Below are positions 9,953 through 20,530 of a stretch of 64,000 nt of DNA, in pieces; the stretch's first letter is position 1, and every line of letters starts with the position of its first letter. The translations under genes were made by a program, and so were the position numbers. The notes below the pieces were generated by a model. It was not told where the DNA came from. It ran no database searches and worked only from the letters and a program-made list of their open reading frames with translations. The stretch comes from a virus. Lineage: Duplodnaviria; Caudoviricetes. Where the stretch lies: the IMG/VR virus record IMGVR_UViG_3300028888_000001. One strand, given 5' to 3'.

Positions 9953-10981
9953 ATGATATATTCTGATTTTAATAAACCATCAGAAAATATGAATATTCCC
10001 CAAAGACAGATATTAGAGATGATTAAAGAACAGCAGGAAGATTTATATAGAGCTGAAGAAGACAAAGCTATTAGAGAGCAACATGAGTATGAACGTGCTT
10101 CTGAAGGATATGCTGAATGGGTCAGAAACTATATAGAAGAACAAGCCTCTAATGCTAGAAATAGATTTGAGTTTCTTAATAATGCTAAGAATTCTCTTAT
10201 GACAGAAGCTATTTATCATCTATATGAGCAATCGTTTGATGGGGATCTTAATAAGAGAGATAAGCTTATTGTTAAGAATCTTATCACCAACTTTGTTAAT
10301 GAGCAAAGTGCTGGCGATCTTATAAATAGATTTAAATTCCAGAATACTCTTACGGCTGAGATTGCTAGAATTGTACAGGAATCTTATAATAAAGTAATCG
10401 AATCAGTAACTCCAGATGAAAATGTTCCTGGAGCAGTTAAAGATCTTAAACTAGATACTACAATAGTAGACGACTTTTATAAAGATATAGCTGGTTTAGA
10501 TTCTGATGAAGCTTCTAACCTGATCAGAACTAAGGTCTCTGATGCTATGGAAGAATTCATTGCTAGCAATCTTCAGAATAAAGTGGATTATATGGAGATT
10601 ATAGATAATGCTAAGCAGAAGATAGAAGATATCAAAGGCAATGATCCAACCGGAGTATTGACAGATACTGAAGGCCCATCTGGAGATCAGACTGTAGCTC
10701 CAGAGGAATCTTATATTATGACTGAAGCTAAAAGACAGATTAACGAGATGAGACGTACTAGAAAGAAAAACGTCTTCCATTATCTTGTTGAAGCTATAAC
10801 AAAGCAGACATTTGCTGATGATAATCTGCGCGCTCAGTATATTCATGAGTCTTCTGTAGATATGGGAAATATTACTCATTCTGCACATCTCATTTACCAT
10901 TTACTGGAAATGATGAATACTACAGAAATGGTAAGCAAAGATTATATTAAGAATTATATTCAATCATTAGTGACTGAATGA
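9953..10981 (+). CDS. Putative virion structural protein
   Basis: 342 aa, helical and acidic, RBS GGGAGG, late promoter 9917..9928. Confidence 0.5.
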   Translation: MIYSDFNKPSENMNIPQRQILEMIKEQQEDLYRAEEDKAIREQHEYERASEGYAEWVRNYIEEQASNARNRFEFLNNAKNSLMTEAIYHLYEQSFDGDLNKRDKLIVKNLITNFVNEQSAGDLINRFKFQNTLTAEIARIVQESYNKVIESVTPDENVPGAVKDLKLDTTIVDDFYKDIAGLDSDEASNLIRTKVSDAMEEFIASNLQNKVDYMEIIDNAKQKIEDIKGNDPTGVLTDTEGPSGDQTVAPEESYIMTEAKRQINEMRRTRKKNVFHYLVEAITKQTFADDNLRAQYIHESSVDMGNITHSAHLIYHLLEMMNTTEMVSKDYIKNYIQSLVTE

Positions 10982-11001
10982 ACAATAGAACAGAATAAAC
11001 T

Positions 11002-11027
11002 ACCCAGAGGGATTGCTCCCTCTGGGT
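11002..11027. terminator. Intrinsic terminator, representative of a related GGGA-loop-TCCC hairpin family
   Basis: ACCCAGAGGGA-TTGC-TCCCTCTGGGT. Related hairpins at ~16020..16043, 24963..24996, 27937..27964, 34566..34587, 53177..53199, 56568..56595, 60799..60828 and 62267..62294, all at gene 3' ends. Confidence 0.8.
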
Positions 11028-11076
11028 TGATATTTTATTTTTAGCCTTACAAAAATATTGCTCATTTATGTACATT

Positions 11077-13605
11077 TTATTGATAGATCGCTGAATAATT
11101 TATTATTTTTTCTTCTACAAATTCAGACGATTCTTCAACATAATCTATATCAAATGTTACATGCTTTGGGCCTCCTATACGGACTAAATGGATATTTTTA
11201 TTAGTTCTATCTATTACAACAATATCAAATGCTTGTTCTGTTATTGTACCCTTGGTGCGATCAAAACCCATAAGATCTGCATTGCCTTGAGAATCTACCC
11301 ATGGAACACAATTATCTTCTGTAATTATAATAAATGGAACGCCGCCTGGAGAAGTCCAAGCCCCATCGCTATGAGTATGCCCACTAAAAGATGCGATTAC
11401 TTTTTTATTTTGATTATTTGAATTGAACGTATCAACAATTCCCCATAATTTAATCGTATTAGAATTTGATGTGCTTATAACTCCAAGCCCATTACCAGTG
11501 GTCAATAATACTGCATGAGAAAATATTATTATTTCCCATCCATCATCAACATCCATTGCAACATTTTCAAGCCAACTCCATTGATCTGCAGTCATTCCTC
11601 CAGGTGTTATTAAATTATCATTTTCATCATAATAGTATGGATTAAACCAATTAAGCATAATATATCTTATTTTTTGTTGATAATTATTAACGTAATAGTA
11701 CTGATATTTAGCATCTCCGTAAACTTTATCTTGTTCATCATTTTGATCCATAGAATACATTATAAATGCTTCATTTATTTCATTACCGCCAGTATAAAAC
11801 CACTCATGATTCCCCATAGCATGATAATATTTACCAGGAAAATATTTTTTAATATCGCTATAACATAAAGTAGCATCTCTAGCTCTATCAACATCATCCC
11901 CAGTATTAAAAAGTTTACGAATATATGTATTATTATAAATATAATTTAATAATTTAGGAGAATTATGTCCTCCTGCTCTATTATAATGCATATCCGATAT
12001 CCAAGCAAAACAATCACCTGTGGAAATATTATTTTGAATAAGCTCGTTAATTCTAGATATTTTATTATCTAAATAATCATTTTCAAAATAATACTCTGGA
12101 ATTTCTACATTGGATTCAGAATTACTTTTTAGTAAATCTGCTTTTTGCATTCTATCATATAAAGTTTTTGGATCTACGTAGTCAGATACATCTTTATCTG
12201 CAATATAACCAGTAAAAGTTTTGCTTTTTTCAATTAATATATTTCTAGGAACTATTTTAGTCCAATCATCATTATTTGCTAAATACGTCATAAATGTTAT
12301 ATATGCCGTATTTTCAAAAGTAGTAAATTGAAATATGCCATTTGTTTGATTATTATATCTAGCAATATCTGTTCCGCTAAAATCATTTTTAACTATAGTT
12401 TTATTACTATCAAACTGTATTATATAAACGCGATAATTCAAATCTTCATCATATTCATAATAAAATACATAATCAGTGCTAGGCTCAACTGGTATAAACT
12501 CTCTAACAGCTGAATTATTTTGAGCATCGGTATTGGCTTTTGATACGAATTTTCCGTTATTAGTACCACCATTTCTATGACCTTGTTCAAATAATAATGA
12601 ATCATCCCATAAATTTTTTGATTTGCTTGCAATTAAGAAATTGCTTAATTTATTATTGATCCCTTCTAATTCATTTCTTTGACAATAATTTAACTTAACT
12701 TCTTTGTATTCGCCCTTGTAAAATTTTAAATCATATTTTTCTAGAATAGGATCTGTAATAATTTTATTATTAATCGTCTGATTTGAGGGAAATGATAAAA
12801 TAATTTTTGCATAAGCACATTCTGAATCCGTTGTTAAAGTAAAATAATTAATTGCATTAACGACAGTGTACTGAGCACGTTTAATAAATGTGTAATCAGA
12901 TTTATACTGAGCAAGCATAATATAGGAAGCATCATTACATTGTATAGTATATAAAGTATTTGGATCGACTGGTATGTACTGTGAACTTCTAACATTACTT
13001 GAACGCGCCTCAAATTCTCCAGTACTAATTATATTGCCGGATTCAAAGTCTGGTATTTCTATATATTCTAATTCCGGATAATATCCAATTTCAGTTTTAG
13101 TGATTATTTCCTTATCGTATTTGGTAACCACATCATCATTTAAGACATACTTATTTAAATTATCATTGTTAATATTTTCATCGACTTCATATAATTTAAC
13201 GTTTGTAAACTGGTATGTTTCACCAGCATACTCTTGTTGAGCTCTTATTGGATAAAAGCCAAACCTAATATAATTAAAATTTTCTATATCGCCAATAATG
13301 TTATTTGATATATATACGATATCGTCTGTATTAAAATAATAGTTATTATGAGTCCCATCAAGATATTGTACCATAATATAGCCTAAAAGATCATCTGTTT
13401 TATATCCATTATAATTATCAAATGTTAAATAATATCCATATTTGTTAATATTATCATATGGTATCTGGTTGGCAAATAAATAAAAACCAAAACCACCATT
13501 TGTTACATTTATTTCTACTGTATCCATTTCTATAATAATTTTACCGTTTGAATTATTGAATACATTATTATAATTTTCTTCTAAATCCACCAAATCGTTA
13601 GAAAG
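11077..13605 (-). CDS. Cassette A: 5'-truncated tail-appendage-like ORF, beta-sandwich modules plus C-terminal calcineurin-like metallophosphoesterase
   Basis: Frame begins at the 12-bp site (LSND-LVDLEE...) with no RBS. Motifs ISDMH, TGDD, MGNHE, FSH, SGHTH; SKNLWD and IEKSKTFTGY-type modules. Confidence 0.75.
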   Translation of the reverse strand, partial: LSNDLVDLEENYNNVFNNSNGKIIIEMDTVEINVTNGGFGFYLFANQIPYDNINKYGYYLTFDNYNGYKTDDLLGYIMVQYLDGTHNNYYFNTDDIVYISNNIIGDIENFNYIRFGFYPIRAQQEYAGETYQFTNVKLYEVDENINNDNLNKYVLNDDVVTKYDKEIITKTEIGYYPELEYIEIPDFESGNIISTGEFEARSSNVRSSQYIPVDPNTLYTIQCNDASYIMLAQYKSDYTFIKRAQYTVVNAINYFTLTTDSECAYAKIILSFPSNQTINNKIITDPILEKYDLKFYKGEYKEVKLNYCQRNELEGINNKLSNFLIASKSKNLWDDSLLFEQGHRNGGTNNGKFVSKANTDAQNNSAVREFIPVEPSTDYVFYYEYDEDLNYRVYIIQFDSNKTIVKNDFSGTDIARYNNQTNGIFQFTTFENTAYITFMTYLANNDDWTKIVPRNILIEKSKTFTGYIADKDVSDYVDPKTLYDRMQKADLLKSNSESNVEIPEYYFENDYLDNKISRINELIQNNISTGDCFAWISDMHYNRAGGHNSPKLLNYIYNNTYIRKLFNTGDDVDRARDATLCYSDIKKYFPGKYYHAMGNHEWFYTGGNEINEAFIMYSMDQNDEQDKVYGDAKYQYYYVNNYQQKIRYIMLNWFNPYYYDENDNLITPGGMTADQWSWLENVAMDVDDGWEIIIFSHAVLLTTGNGLGVISTSNSNTIKLWGIVDTFNSNNQNKKVIASFSGHTHSDGAWTSPGGVPFIIITEDNCVPWVDSQGNADLMGFDRTKGTITEQAFDIVVIDRTNKNIHLVRIGGPKHVTFDIDYVEESSEFVEEKIINYSAIYQ

Positions 13606-13677
13606 ATCAAATGAAAAATACGTTATTAATCGAAAAATAATAGAATTAGGCGTAAGCCTAATTCACTTTCTAACGAT
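13594..13677. repeat. 84-bp element, copy 1: inverted 12-bp ends (ATCGTTAGAAAG...CTTTCTAACGAT), 60-bp spacer with hairpin; putative back-to-back recombination sites
   Basis: Ends at 13594..13605 and 13666..13677. Hairpin GAATTAGGC-GTAA-GCCTAATTC at 13643..13664. Two substitutions relative to copy 2. Confidence 0.92.
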
Positions 13678-15924
13678 ATCGATGATTTAGAAGAAATATT
13701 TTATGTAGACGACACAGATTATATTGATATAACAAATAAATATAAATATGAAAATTATTCTTCAAATATTAGTGAAGGAAAAATAAATTTTTTCAAATCA
13801 AGCACTAGATTATTAAATATAAACGACCCAATTCCATTATATTTATATGATGAAATTAAAATTATCAAAATAGATGAAGACATTGCTTACACTATAATAG
13901 TTGCCGATAAAAATAATACTTTATATGAAACTTTTTCTAGAATTAAAAAATCTGAATATATTTATAATGTAAATGAAGATAATGCTAATAAAATTATGTA
14001 TATTGTAGCTTTATTTGATAATAATGTAGAACCATCAGATTTGAGTAATTATTTAACAATTCAATCTAAAAGTCGTAATTTAATAACTAATTTATTGCAA
14101 AATACTAATAAAACAAATTTATATTATAAATTAACAATAGATGAAAATGACATTTTATATTATAATACAGTAAAAATATTTAATAGAGAAGCTGACACGT
14201 ATTGGGTAAATTATATCATAGATCCAAACGAATGCGATTTTAATAATAAAGGATTTTACATTAGAATATTAGATAGAGCTAATGTGATAACCCCAACCCT
14301 TCAAAATAGACTATGTTATGTTTATTTAAAAGATTCGGTTGCCAATAAGAATGTTAATGTCTATATATATGAGAAAGATTTAAACAAATCGATTTATATT
14401 GAAAAGCCAGAAAACTTAGATAATGTCGATGTAATATCTCTTGTGCTTTATATTCAGCCGACACAAGAAGATAGTACTAATTATCTAAATATTAATTGTT
14501 CTTTCACGGTATTAATTTCAAAAATACCATTTACAAATGAAACAGAGGCATCTGAACAAAATAAAGAAGAGTATGACGTATCTAATTATAATGATATGAT
14601 AGCATATAATTTAATAAATAATAATAAACTTTCTGCAAAAAATATTATCGGCCCTATCAATAAAACATACACGGCAGTTATTGAACAGGAAAATTGGACA
14701 AAAAATTCGTATTACGTTTTTGATGATATAAATGTTGAGCCATTGGATGAAATATATATCACTTGTTCTGAATGCCATGCTATTGGTTTAAGATTGATAT
14801 ACGGGCAATTTTTTGATGCAAATAATCAAAGTATAAAAAAACTATCAATTAATAAATCTAATTTGTATGTAAATGATACAGATGGCTTTAAATATTATGT
14901 ATCGGTGCCTTATGGGGCTGTCAAATTTCAATTAGAAATAAACCTAATATCTAATGCTATCACAGCAGGAGAGACAAATGAAATTGGAGAGGAATTTTAT
15001 ATTAAAAATTTATTTGTAATTGTAAATAAAGATTTACATACATTTCTAAATAATGATTGGAAACAAGCAATAAATTATTTACAAACTAATGCGAATGATA
15101 AATTTTGTTTTGGTATTCAATCGGACACTCATTTTGCTATGCTTAGTGATACTGTTGGCTATAATCTTGCAGAGGCAACTAAGTATTTTGGATTTGATTT
15201 TATAGCTAATCTTGGAGATATAACTAGAGGTTATAGCGGCGGCACAAATGGTATTTATGATACAGATTCGATGGAAGGAATGAAATATTATGCTAAGCAT
15301 ATAATGTATAGATATACAAACGAAGTTAAATGCCCATTCTTAGTCGCTGTTGGAAATCACGAATATAATATTTTATATAAAAATAATCATCCAGAACAAA
15401 ATGAAAGAGTGTTTACTGAAAGTGAATTATTCACATTATTCATTAGGCAGTGTTACAATACAAGCGCAAGAATAGATGGCGTTTATGGTAAACAATATTA
15501 TTATTTAGATTCTATTGCTGTTAGAGTTATAGTGCTAGATACTAATGACACTAATGGTTCATTTAATATATCAAACGAACAAACTCAATGGTTTATAAAT
15601 ACAGCTTTAAATACCAGTAAACCAGTACTTGTATTGTCACATGTTCCATTAATACAAGAAGTTTCAATTAACTATTCTAGCACATATGCCAATATAGTTA
15701 CAGCATTACAAGAATTTAAGTCTAATGGTGGAAGAGTAATAGCTTGTTTAAACGGCCATGTACATAAACAAGATGCTATTAAATTAGACGGTATATGGTA
15801 TATTTCATGTACATTAAATGAAAGCAATGCTGATACTGTTGAATTCTTTATGGTAGATCTAAATAATTTTAGTATTGAAACTATTGGTATTGGGAATGCA
15901 TCTTCTAGATCTTTTGAATATTGA
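13666..15924 (+). CDS. Cassette B: 5'-truncated ORF with C-terminal metallophosphoesterase
   Basis: The frame of ORF 13996..15924 stays open 110 codons upstream to the 12-bp site (LSND-IDDLEEIF...) with no start codon or RBS. Motifs QSDTH, LGD, VGNHE, LSH, NGHVH. Confidence 0.75.
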   Translation, partial: LSNDIDDLEEIFYVDDTDYIDITNKYKYENYSSNISEGKINFFKSSTRLLNINDPIPLYLYDEIKIIKIDEDIAYTIIVADKNNTLYETFSRIKKSEYIYNVNEDNANKIMYIVALFDNNVEPSDLSNYLTIQSKSRNLITNLLQNTNKTNLYYKLTIDENDILYYNTVKIFNREADTYWVNYIIDPNECDFNNKGFYIRILDRANVITPTLQNRLCYVYLKDSVANKNVNVYIYEKDLNKSIYIEKPENLDNVDVISLVLYIQPTQEDSTNYLNINCSFTVLISKIPFTNETEASEQNKEEYDVSNYNDMIAYNLINNNKLSAKNIIGPINKTYTAVIEQENWTKNSYYVFDDINVEPLDEIYITCSECHAIGLRLIYGQFFDANNQSIKKLSINKSNLYVNDTDGFKYYVSVPYGAVKFQLEINLISNAITAGETNEIGEEFYIKNLFVIVNKDLHTFLNNDWKQAINYLQTNANDKFCFGIQSDTHFAMLSDTVGYNLAEATKYFGFDFIANLGDITRGYSGGTNGIYDTDSMEGMKYYAKHIMYRYTNEVKCPFLVAVGNHEYNILYKNNHPEQNERVFTESELFTLFIRQCYNTSARIDGVYGKQYYYLDSIAVRVIVLDTNDTNGSFNISNEQTQWFINTALNTSKPVLVLSHVPLIQEVSINYSSTYANIVTALQEFKSNGGRVIACLNGHVHKQDAIKLDGIWYISCTLNESNADTVEFFMVDLNNFSIETIGIGNASSRSFEY

Positions 15925-16047
15925 TTTTGTACTAGTATGATAACTTGCTATAAATATATAAGAATATCTCTAGATAAAAAATAAAATAATATTTTAATAT
16001 ATAATAATTTTTATTGTACCCTCCAGGGAGTAATCCCTGGAGGTATT

Positions 16048-17517
16048 TTAATTGTCAATTCTTTTTAGGTTTATCATACTACTCATTAAAAATGTGCTAT
16101 CTTCTCTTAAGTACGCTTCACGTTTTCTATATAATAAATAATTACCATTAAATTCTTGATATCTATCGATATTATGAATGGTGATTCTTTTATTGATACT
16201 AAATAAATTAGTATCTAAATCATTCTTATTAAAATAAACTAAGAAGTTCTCACTATTACTTTGAGCTTCGATATTATCTATCATATGCTCATTATCATTA
16301 TTAAGTCTTATAGTATGTGTTTTAGGACTAATATAGTTGGCTTTGTTTTTTAGATTTTTATTCATCTTAGTTTTATATTGTTTACTAAGATCATTTATAG
16401 TCACCACTGTATCAGTATCATTTTCTGGATTTGATATTACGCCAGCAATTTTCGTTTTGCTCTTGTTTATTATAGTATTATCAAATACTTGAGTGAATGC
16501 ATAGTTTACGTCTATCTCATATGTCTTACTAGTATTATTGATAACCATCCCTATCTCATTAGATATAGAATCGTTGATGTCCCGTATTGATATAAGGATA
16601 GATCCGTAAGGATCATCTTTTCTTTCAGTAAGATTTCCAGATGAGGAGACTATATAAGTGCAATCAAAATCTTGATAATATCTATATGGCGTTGAATAAA
16701 ACACCTTTTGATTATTTAAAAATTGCAATGCTTTATTTACAGAATCATGTGGTGGTAAAATAAATTGAGGGAACGTGTCGTTATATGAGAATGGCTCTAT
16801 AATAAGATTATTTATGTGATTTGTAATATACTTTACAATATCATACATGGTAATATTTCTTGCTGCCATTTCACATGTAATCTTATTATTGTTTATATGC
16901 TCGACACATAATAGTCCGAGTGTTAACTCTGTATACGTATCTCCCTTCATGGTTGGGTTAGTATTCACGTTATAATCTACAGGGTCCATTTTATTTACAT
17001 CGTCAGGCAAAAAATAAATAAATTGCTTCCTGAAACAAAGTAAATCTGTTTTATGAGAAATATTATTATTAAATTTATACAGTGATAGAATGATTAAATT
17101 ATTATTTTGATTTTTAATCATATCATCAACAAGAGATCTATCCAATCTCATGTTACAATATATTACTGGCATTGTATTTATATCATAATTATGGTCAACA
17201 ATCATAGAGCGTAAACACTCATTTTTAATCAGTGTAGTAGTTTTTCTATTAACGTCATAATATTGTAATTGAATCTTATATCTATAAGCAACAATATTTC
17301 GTTTATCTCTTGACGTATTACGACTATAATATGATGTAATGTTAGAATAAGTAGAGTAGCCAGCTCCAGTTACAGATTTTGGAGCTGTATATGTAGCAGT
17401 GCCACCACCATTTTCAGTTGAAAATCCAACTCTAGATGACGTACTTTTTACTGATGCTGATCCATATGATGCTATAGCTCTAGCTTTATCTTGTAATTGT
17501 TCAAAACTCACAGCCAT
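16048..17517 (-). CDS. Virion structural protein, possibly baseplate hub-like
   Basis: 489 aa, RBS GCAGGTG, own GACA-N6-TA motif (17545..17556) and terminator. The hub assignment is tentative. Confidence 0.4.
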   Translation of the reverse strand: MAVSFEQLQDKARAIASYGSASVKSTSSRVGFSTENGGGTATYTAPKSVTGAGYSTYSNITSYYSRNTSRDKRNIVAYRYKIQLQYYDVNRKTTTLIKNECLRSMIVDHNYDINTMPVIYCNMRLDRSLVDDMIKNQNNNLIILSLYKFNNNISHKTDLLCFRKQFIYFLPDDVNKMDPVDYNVNTNPTMKGDTYTELTLGLLCVEHINNNKITCEMAARNITMYDIVKYITNHINNLIIEPFSYNDTFPQFILPPHDSVNKALQFLNNQKVFYSTPYRYYQDFDCTYIVSSSGNLTERKDDPYGSILISIRDINDSISNEIGMVINNTSKTYEIDVNYAFTQVFDNTIINKSKTKIAGVISNPENDTDTVVTINDLSKQYKTKMNKNLKNKANYISPKTHTIRLNNDNEHMIDNIEAQSNSENFLVYFNKNDLDTNLFSINKRITIHNIDRYQEFNGNYLLYRKREAYLREDSTFLMSSMINLKRIDN

Positions 17518-17575
17518 TTAATTAACACCTGCCTTTATGGTTATTAATTAAATGTCGCGGGCATAAAAATAATAT

Positions 17576-20458
17576 TTAAATATTTTTAAGAAATGCAGTA
17601 TATACATCGGCGCATTGCCAATAACCAGATTCTACAGGATGAACACCGCCGTTTGCAATTGGACTGAAATATGTAGTTGTATTTCTAGCATTTACTTGAA
17701 TCTCTTCCATACCCATGTTATATACAGTATCAAGGCAAAGATTTAATGGAATTAGATAAATATTTTCATCTTCCCTATTTTTATAATTCTCTATCTGATT
17801 AGCAACCCATAAAATATTATTTCTTTTATATCTATTTCTCGTTTGACCATTTTTATATGCTTTACCATAAGCATCTTGGGAATAATTTGGTGGGATAGTA
17901 AGACAGATACCGATTTTAATATTTTCATCAAAATCTTTAATCTGAGAAATTACTTCATCGCATAACCCATTTAGATATTCAATTTCAATATTTAATGAAA
18001 TATCATCAGCATATCCAAATGTATCATTAATACCTAAATTTATAAAAAACCAGTCTGGATGATCAAAATTAGTTTCAGAAAAATAATTTGCTATATCAAA
18101 TGTTTCAGTTGTTTCATTATAAAATGGATTATCCACATCACCTCTACCATCTGTGTACGTTTCTCCAGCAGATGTAAAATAAGTTCTATATTTCCAGCCA
18201 GATCTACCCTCATGGTTATTTGGATTGCTTCCTCTAGTACCAATTGTTATGATATTCATTGGATCGGTTGATAAATTTTGATTTAATTTAGTAACACATA
18301 TGCCATTATTTGTAGTACTATCTCCAAGTATTATTAATTTAATTAATTCATTAGCTTTAGCTGTAGCCGATGCGACATAAATAGTTGCAGTTTTTGTTAC
18401 AGTTATATCATTTTTAGTAACTTTTATTGTTATAGGATACTCCCCAACATTTTCTTCAATTGGAGTAACTCTAAAACATCTTTGCAAATGTGTGCCTATA
18501 GAACAAGTTACATCAAAATCGTATTGGGTATCATAACCATCTACGAGATTATCAAAATATATATTAGTTTCATATCCAACCAAAGCATAAATTTTTGGCG
18601 GTAAATTTACTGGAAATTTTGATTTATTAATATTATCGCTTAGAATATATTGTGGATCTATTGCTTTATAATATGGCTCGTAATCAGTTGCTTGATCGCC
18701 TTCTTCAAGCATAGAATTTTTTACGTCCTTATAACCTGCTGAGAATCTATAATAAGCAGCATTATTAGGGGTTGTAAATGTTACCGCTTCTTCTGAATTC
18801 CCACCACTTAAATAATTTTTATTAATATCAAAAATGCAATATCTATAATTTATATAATATTGATCTATATTGCTATATGTATACGTGGTATTTGGTTTTA
18901 TAGATATATAATCGCTTGTTGTATGTGAGGCATTTTCAGATATATTACCATTTATTTGACTTATATAATATCCTCTAGATAAACTATCATCATCTACTTT
19001 TAATAAATTCTTAGAAGTTACAAAAAATGTAGTATCTTCTGGAGTTATTAAATCTTGATTCGAATTGTCTAATTTTATATATTTATTGTCTATATACATA
19101 TAATAATTTTCATACGATGTAGCTTCAGTGCCTTCTTCTAATTGTAATAAATTTGTACTATTGGCAGCTTTTGATTGAGATAGGGCTATATAATATGCTG
19201 ATTCTGGAGATGTTATAGTAAAATGTTTAGTAGAATTAGATGCATTTACTGCAGAATTAGGAATATACTTATTATCGCTATCATAAAATGCATATTGAAT
19301 ATTACTTGTTAAATTAGATGAAATTGTATACTCTGTTGATGGCTTAATTTTTATTTTATCAGTAGCAATATAATTATCATTGTTATTTATTGAACCACTT
19401 ATCCAATTTACATAAAATCCATCTAATAATGTATTAATATCTATAAGGTTTTTACCTTGAATGAAAAACGTGGTATCTTGAGGCTCAATTAATTTGTCTA
19501 ATTCGGTATTTTCCTGATTGTTTTGAATTGCGGGTATATAAATTGGATCTATTGTATAACCATAATCTGCATACTTGGTTCTTTCTTCACCCTCTTCCAA
19601 TTGTATATAATAGTCAGATATATCATTATTATTAAAACTTAAACGTATATACTCGTCCAACGGGCCAGTTGTTATTTGAAGGCCTTTATAAGTATCGCTA
19701 TTGGGGGCATAATATATTGATACATTATTTTGACCTCCGGTATTAATAAATTGCTTATTAAATAAAGAATAAAAGCAAGTACAAGTTTTAATAGAACTTA
19801 AGCAATATGTAGTGTTTGGCTTTATTTTTATATAATCAAATAAAATATAAAAATTATTGTCACCGATTCTGCCAACAGAAACAATATATTTACCAATTTC
19901 TTTATTTGGATCGTCTTTATTAAATAAATTCTTAGAAGTTACAAAAAATGTAGTACTTTTTGGAGTTATTAATGGAATACTATTACAATCTATAAAATTT
20001 GGGATAGAATAATCCAATGATTGTAATTCAATTTTTGTACCTTTATATAAGAAAATTAATAATTGGTTATTGGGTATTGATGAGTAATTTGCAGATATGT
20101 GAATGTATGCAGCATTTTCCGGCGTTGTATATTCTGCAAAAGCAGCATTCATATTATAATCTATGATATTGTTTTCAGCATCATAAACAATGTATCTTGA
20201 TAAATCTACATGTAATGAGTATGTTGTTTCTGGTTCCACATCATAAATACAATAAATAAAACCCGGGTATGGTTTTAAAATCTTTGTTTTATTTACATTA
20301 TTATAGTAAAAGTATATCGCATCCTTTTCAATATATTTTGGTAATATAATATTATCTTTATTATTTATTTCCAATAAACCAATCCATCCAGTGTTTTTAT
20401 ACATATAAGTATTTAAATTGTTAATTCTTTCAATGTTATCAGTATTATCGTTAGAAAG
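17576..20458 (-). CDS. Cassette C: repeated carbohydrate-binding-like modules plus C-terminal SGNH/GDSL hydrolase
   Basis: Begins at the 12-bp site (LSND-NTDNIE...). The track's ATG at 20479 lies in the spacer, has no RBS and is ATA in copy 1. Motifs ILGDS, EGRSG, NLGIND, GVHP; three 'TTFF..KNL...LEEG...Y' modules. Confidence 0.75.
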   Translation of the reverse strand, partial: LSNDNTDNIERINNLNTYMYKNTGWIGLLEINNKDNIILPKYIEKDAIYFYYNNVNKTKILKPYPGFIYCIYDVEPETTYSLHVDLSRYIVYDAENNIIDYNMNAAFAEYTTPENAAYIHISANYSSIPNNQLLIFLYKGTKIELQSLDYSIPNFIDCNSIPLITPKSTTFFVTSKNLFNKDDPNKEIGKYIVSVGRIGDNNFYILFDYIKIKPNTTYCLSSIKTCTCFYSLFNKQFINTGGQNNVSIYYAPNSDTYKGLQITTGPLDEYIRLSFNNNDISDYYIQLEEGEERTKYADYGYTIDPIYIPAIQNNQENTELDKLIEPQDTTFFIQGKNLIDINTLLDGFYVNWISGSINNNDNYIATDKIKIKPSTEYTISSNLTSNIQYAFYDSDNKYIPNSAVNASNSTKHFTITSPESAYYIALSQSKAANSTNLLQLEEGTEATSYENYYMYIDNKYIKLDNSNQDLITPEDTTFFVTSKNLLKVDDDSLSRGYYISQINGNISENASHTTSDYISIKPNTTYTYSNIDQYYINYRYCIFDINKNYLSGGNSEEAVTFTTPNNAAYYRFSAGYKDVKNSMLEEGDQATDYEPYYKAIDPQYILSDNINKSKFPVNLPPKIYALVGYETNIYFDNLVDGYDTQYDFDVTCSIGTHLQRCFRVTPIEENVGEYPITIKVTKNDITVTKTATIYVASATAKANELIKLIILGDSTTNNGICVTKLNQNLSTDPMNIITIGTRGSNPNNHEGRSGWKYRTYFTSAGETYTDGRGDVDNPFYNETTETFDIANYFSETNFDHPDWFFINLGINDTFGYADDISLNIEIEYLNGLCDEVISQIKDFDENIKIGICLTIPPNYSQDAYGKAYKNGQTRNRYKRNNILWVANQIENYKNREDENIYLIPLNLCLDTVYNMGMEEIQVNARNTTTYFSPIANGGVHPVESGYWQCADVYTAFLKNI

Positions 20459-20530
20459 ATCAAATGAAAAATACGTCATTAATCAAAAAATAATAGAATT
20501 AGGCGTAAGCCTAATTCACTTTCTAACGAT
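20447..20530. repeat. 84-bp element, copy 2 (same orientation as copy 1)
   Basis: Inverted 12-mers at 20447..20458 and 20519..20530, hairpin 20496..20517; 82/84 identical to 13594..13677. Confidence 0.92.

Noticed and set aside
20459-20479. ATG start for cassette C given by the ORF track (and TTG 13593, ATG 13996, ATG 20615 for A, B, D)
   Set aside because: No RBS; the equivalent codon is ATA in copy 1; the frames extend to the shared 12-mer, so these look like caller artefacts.
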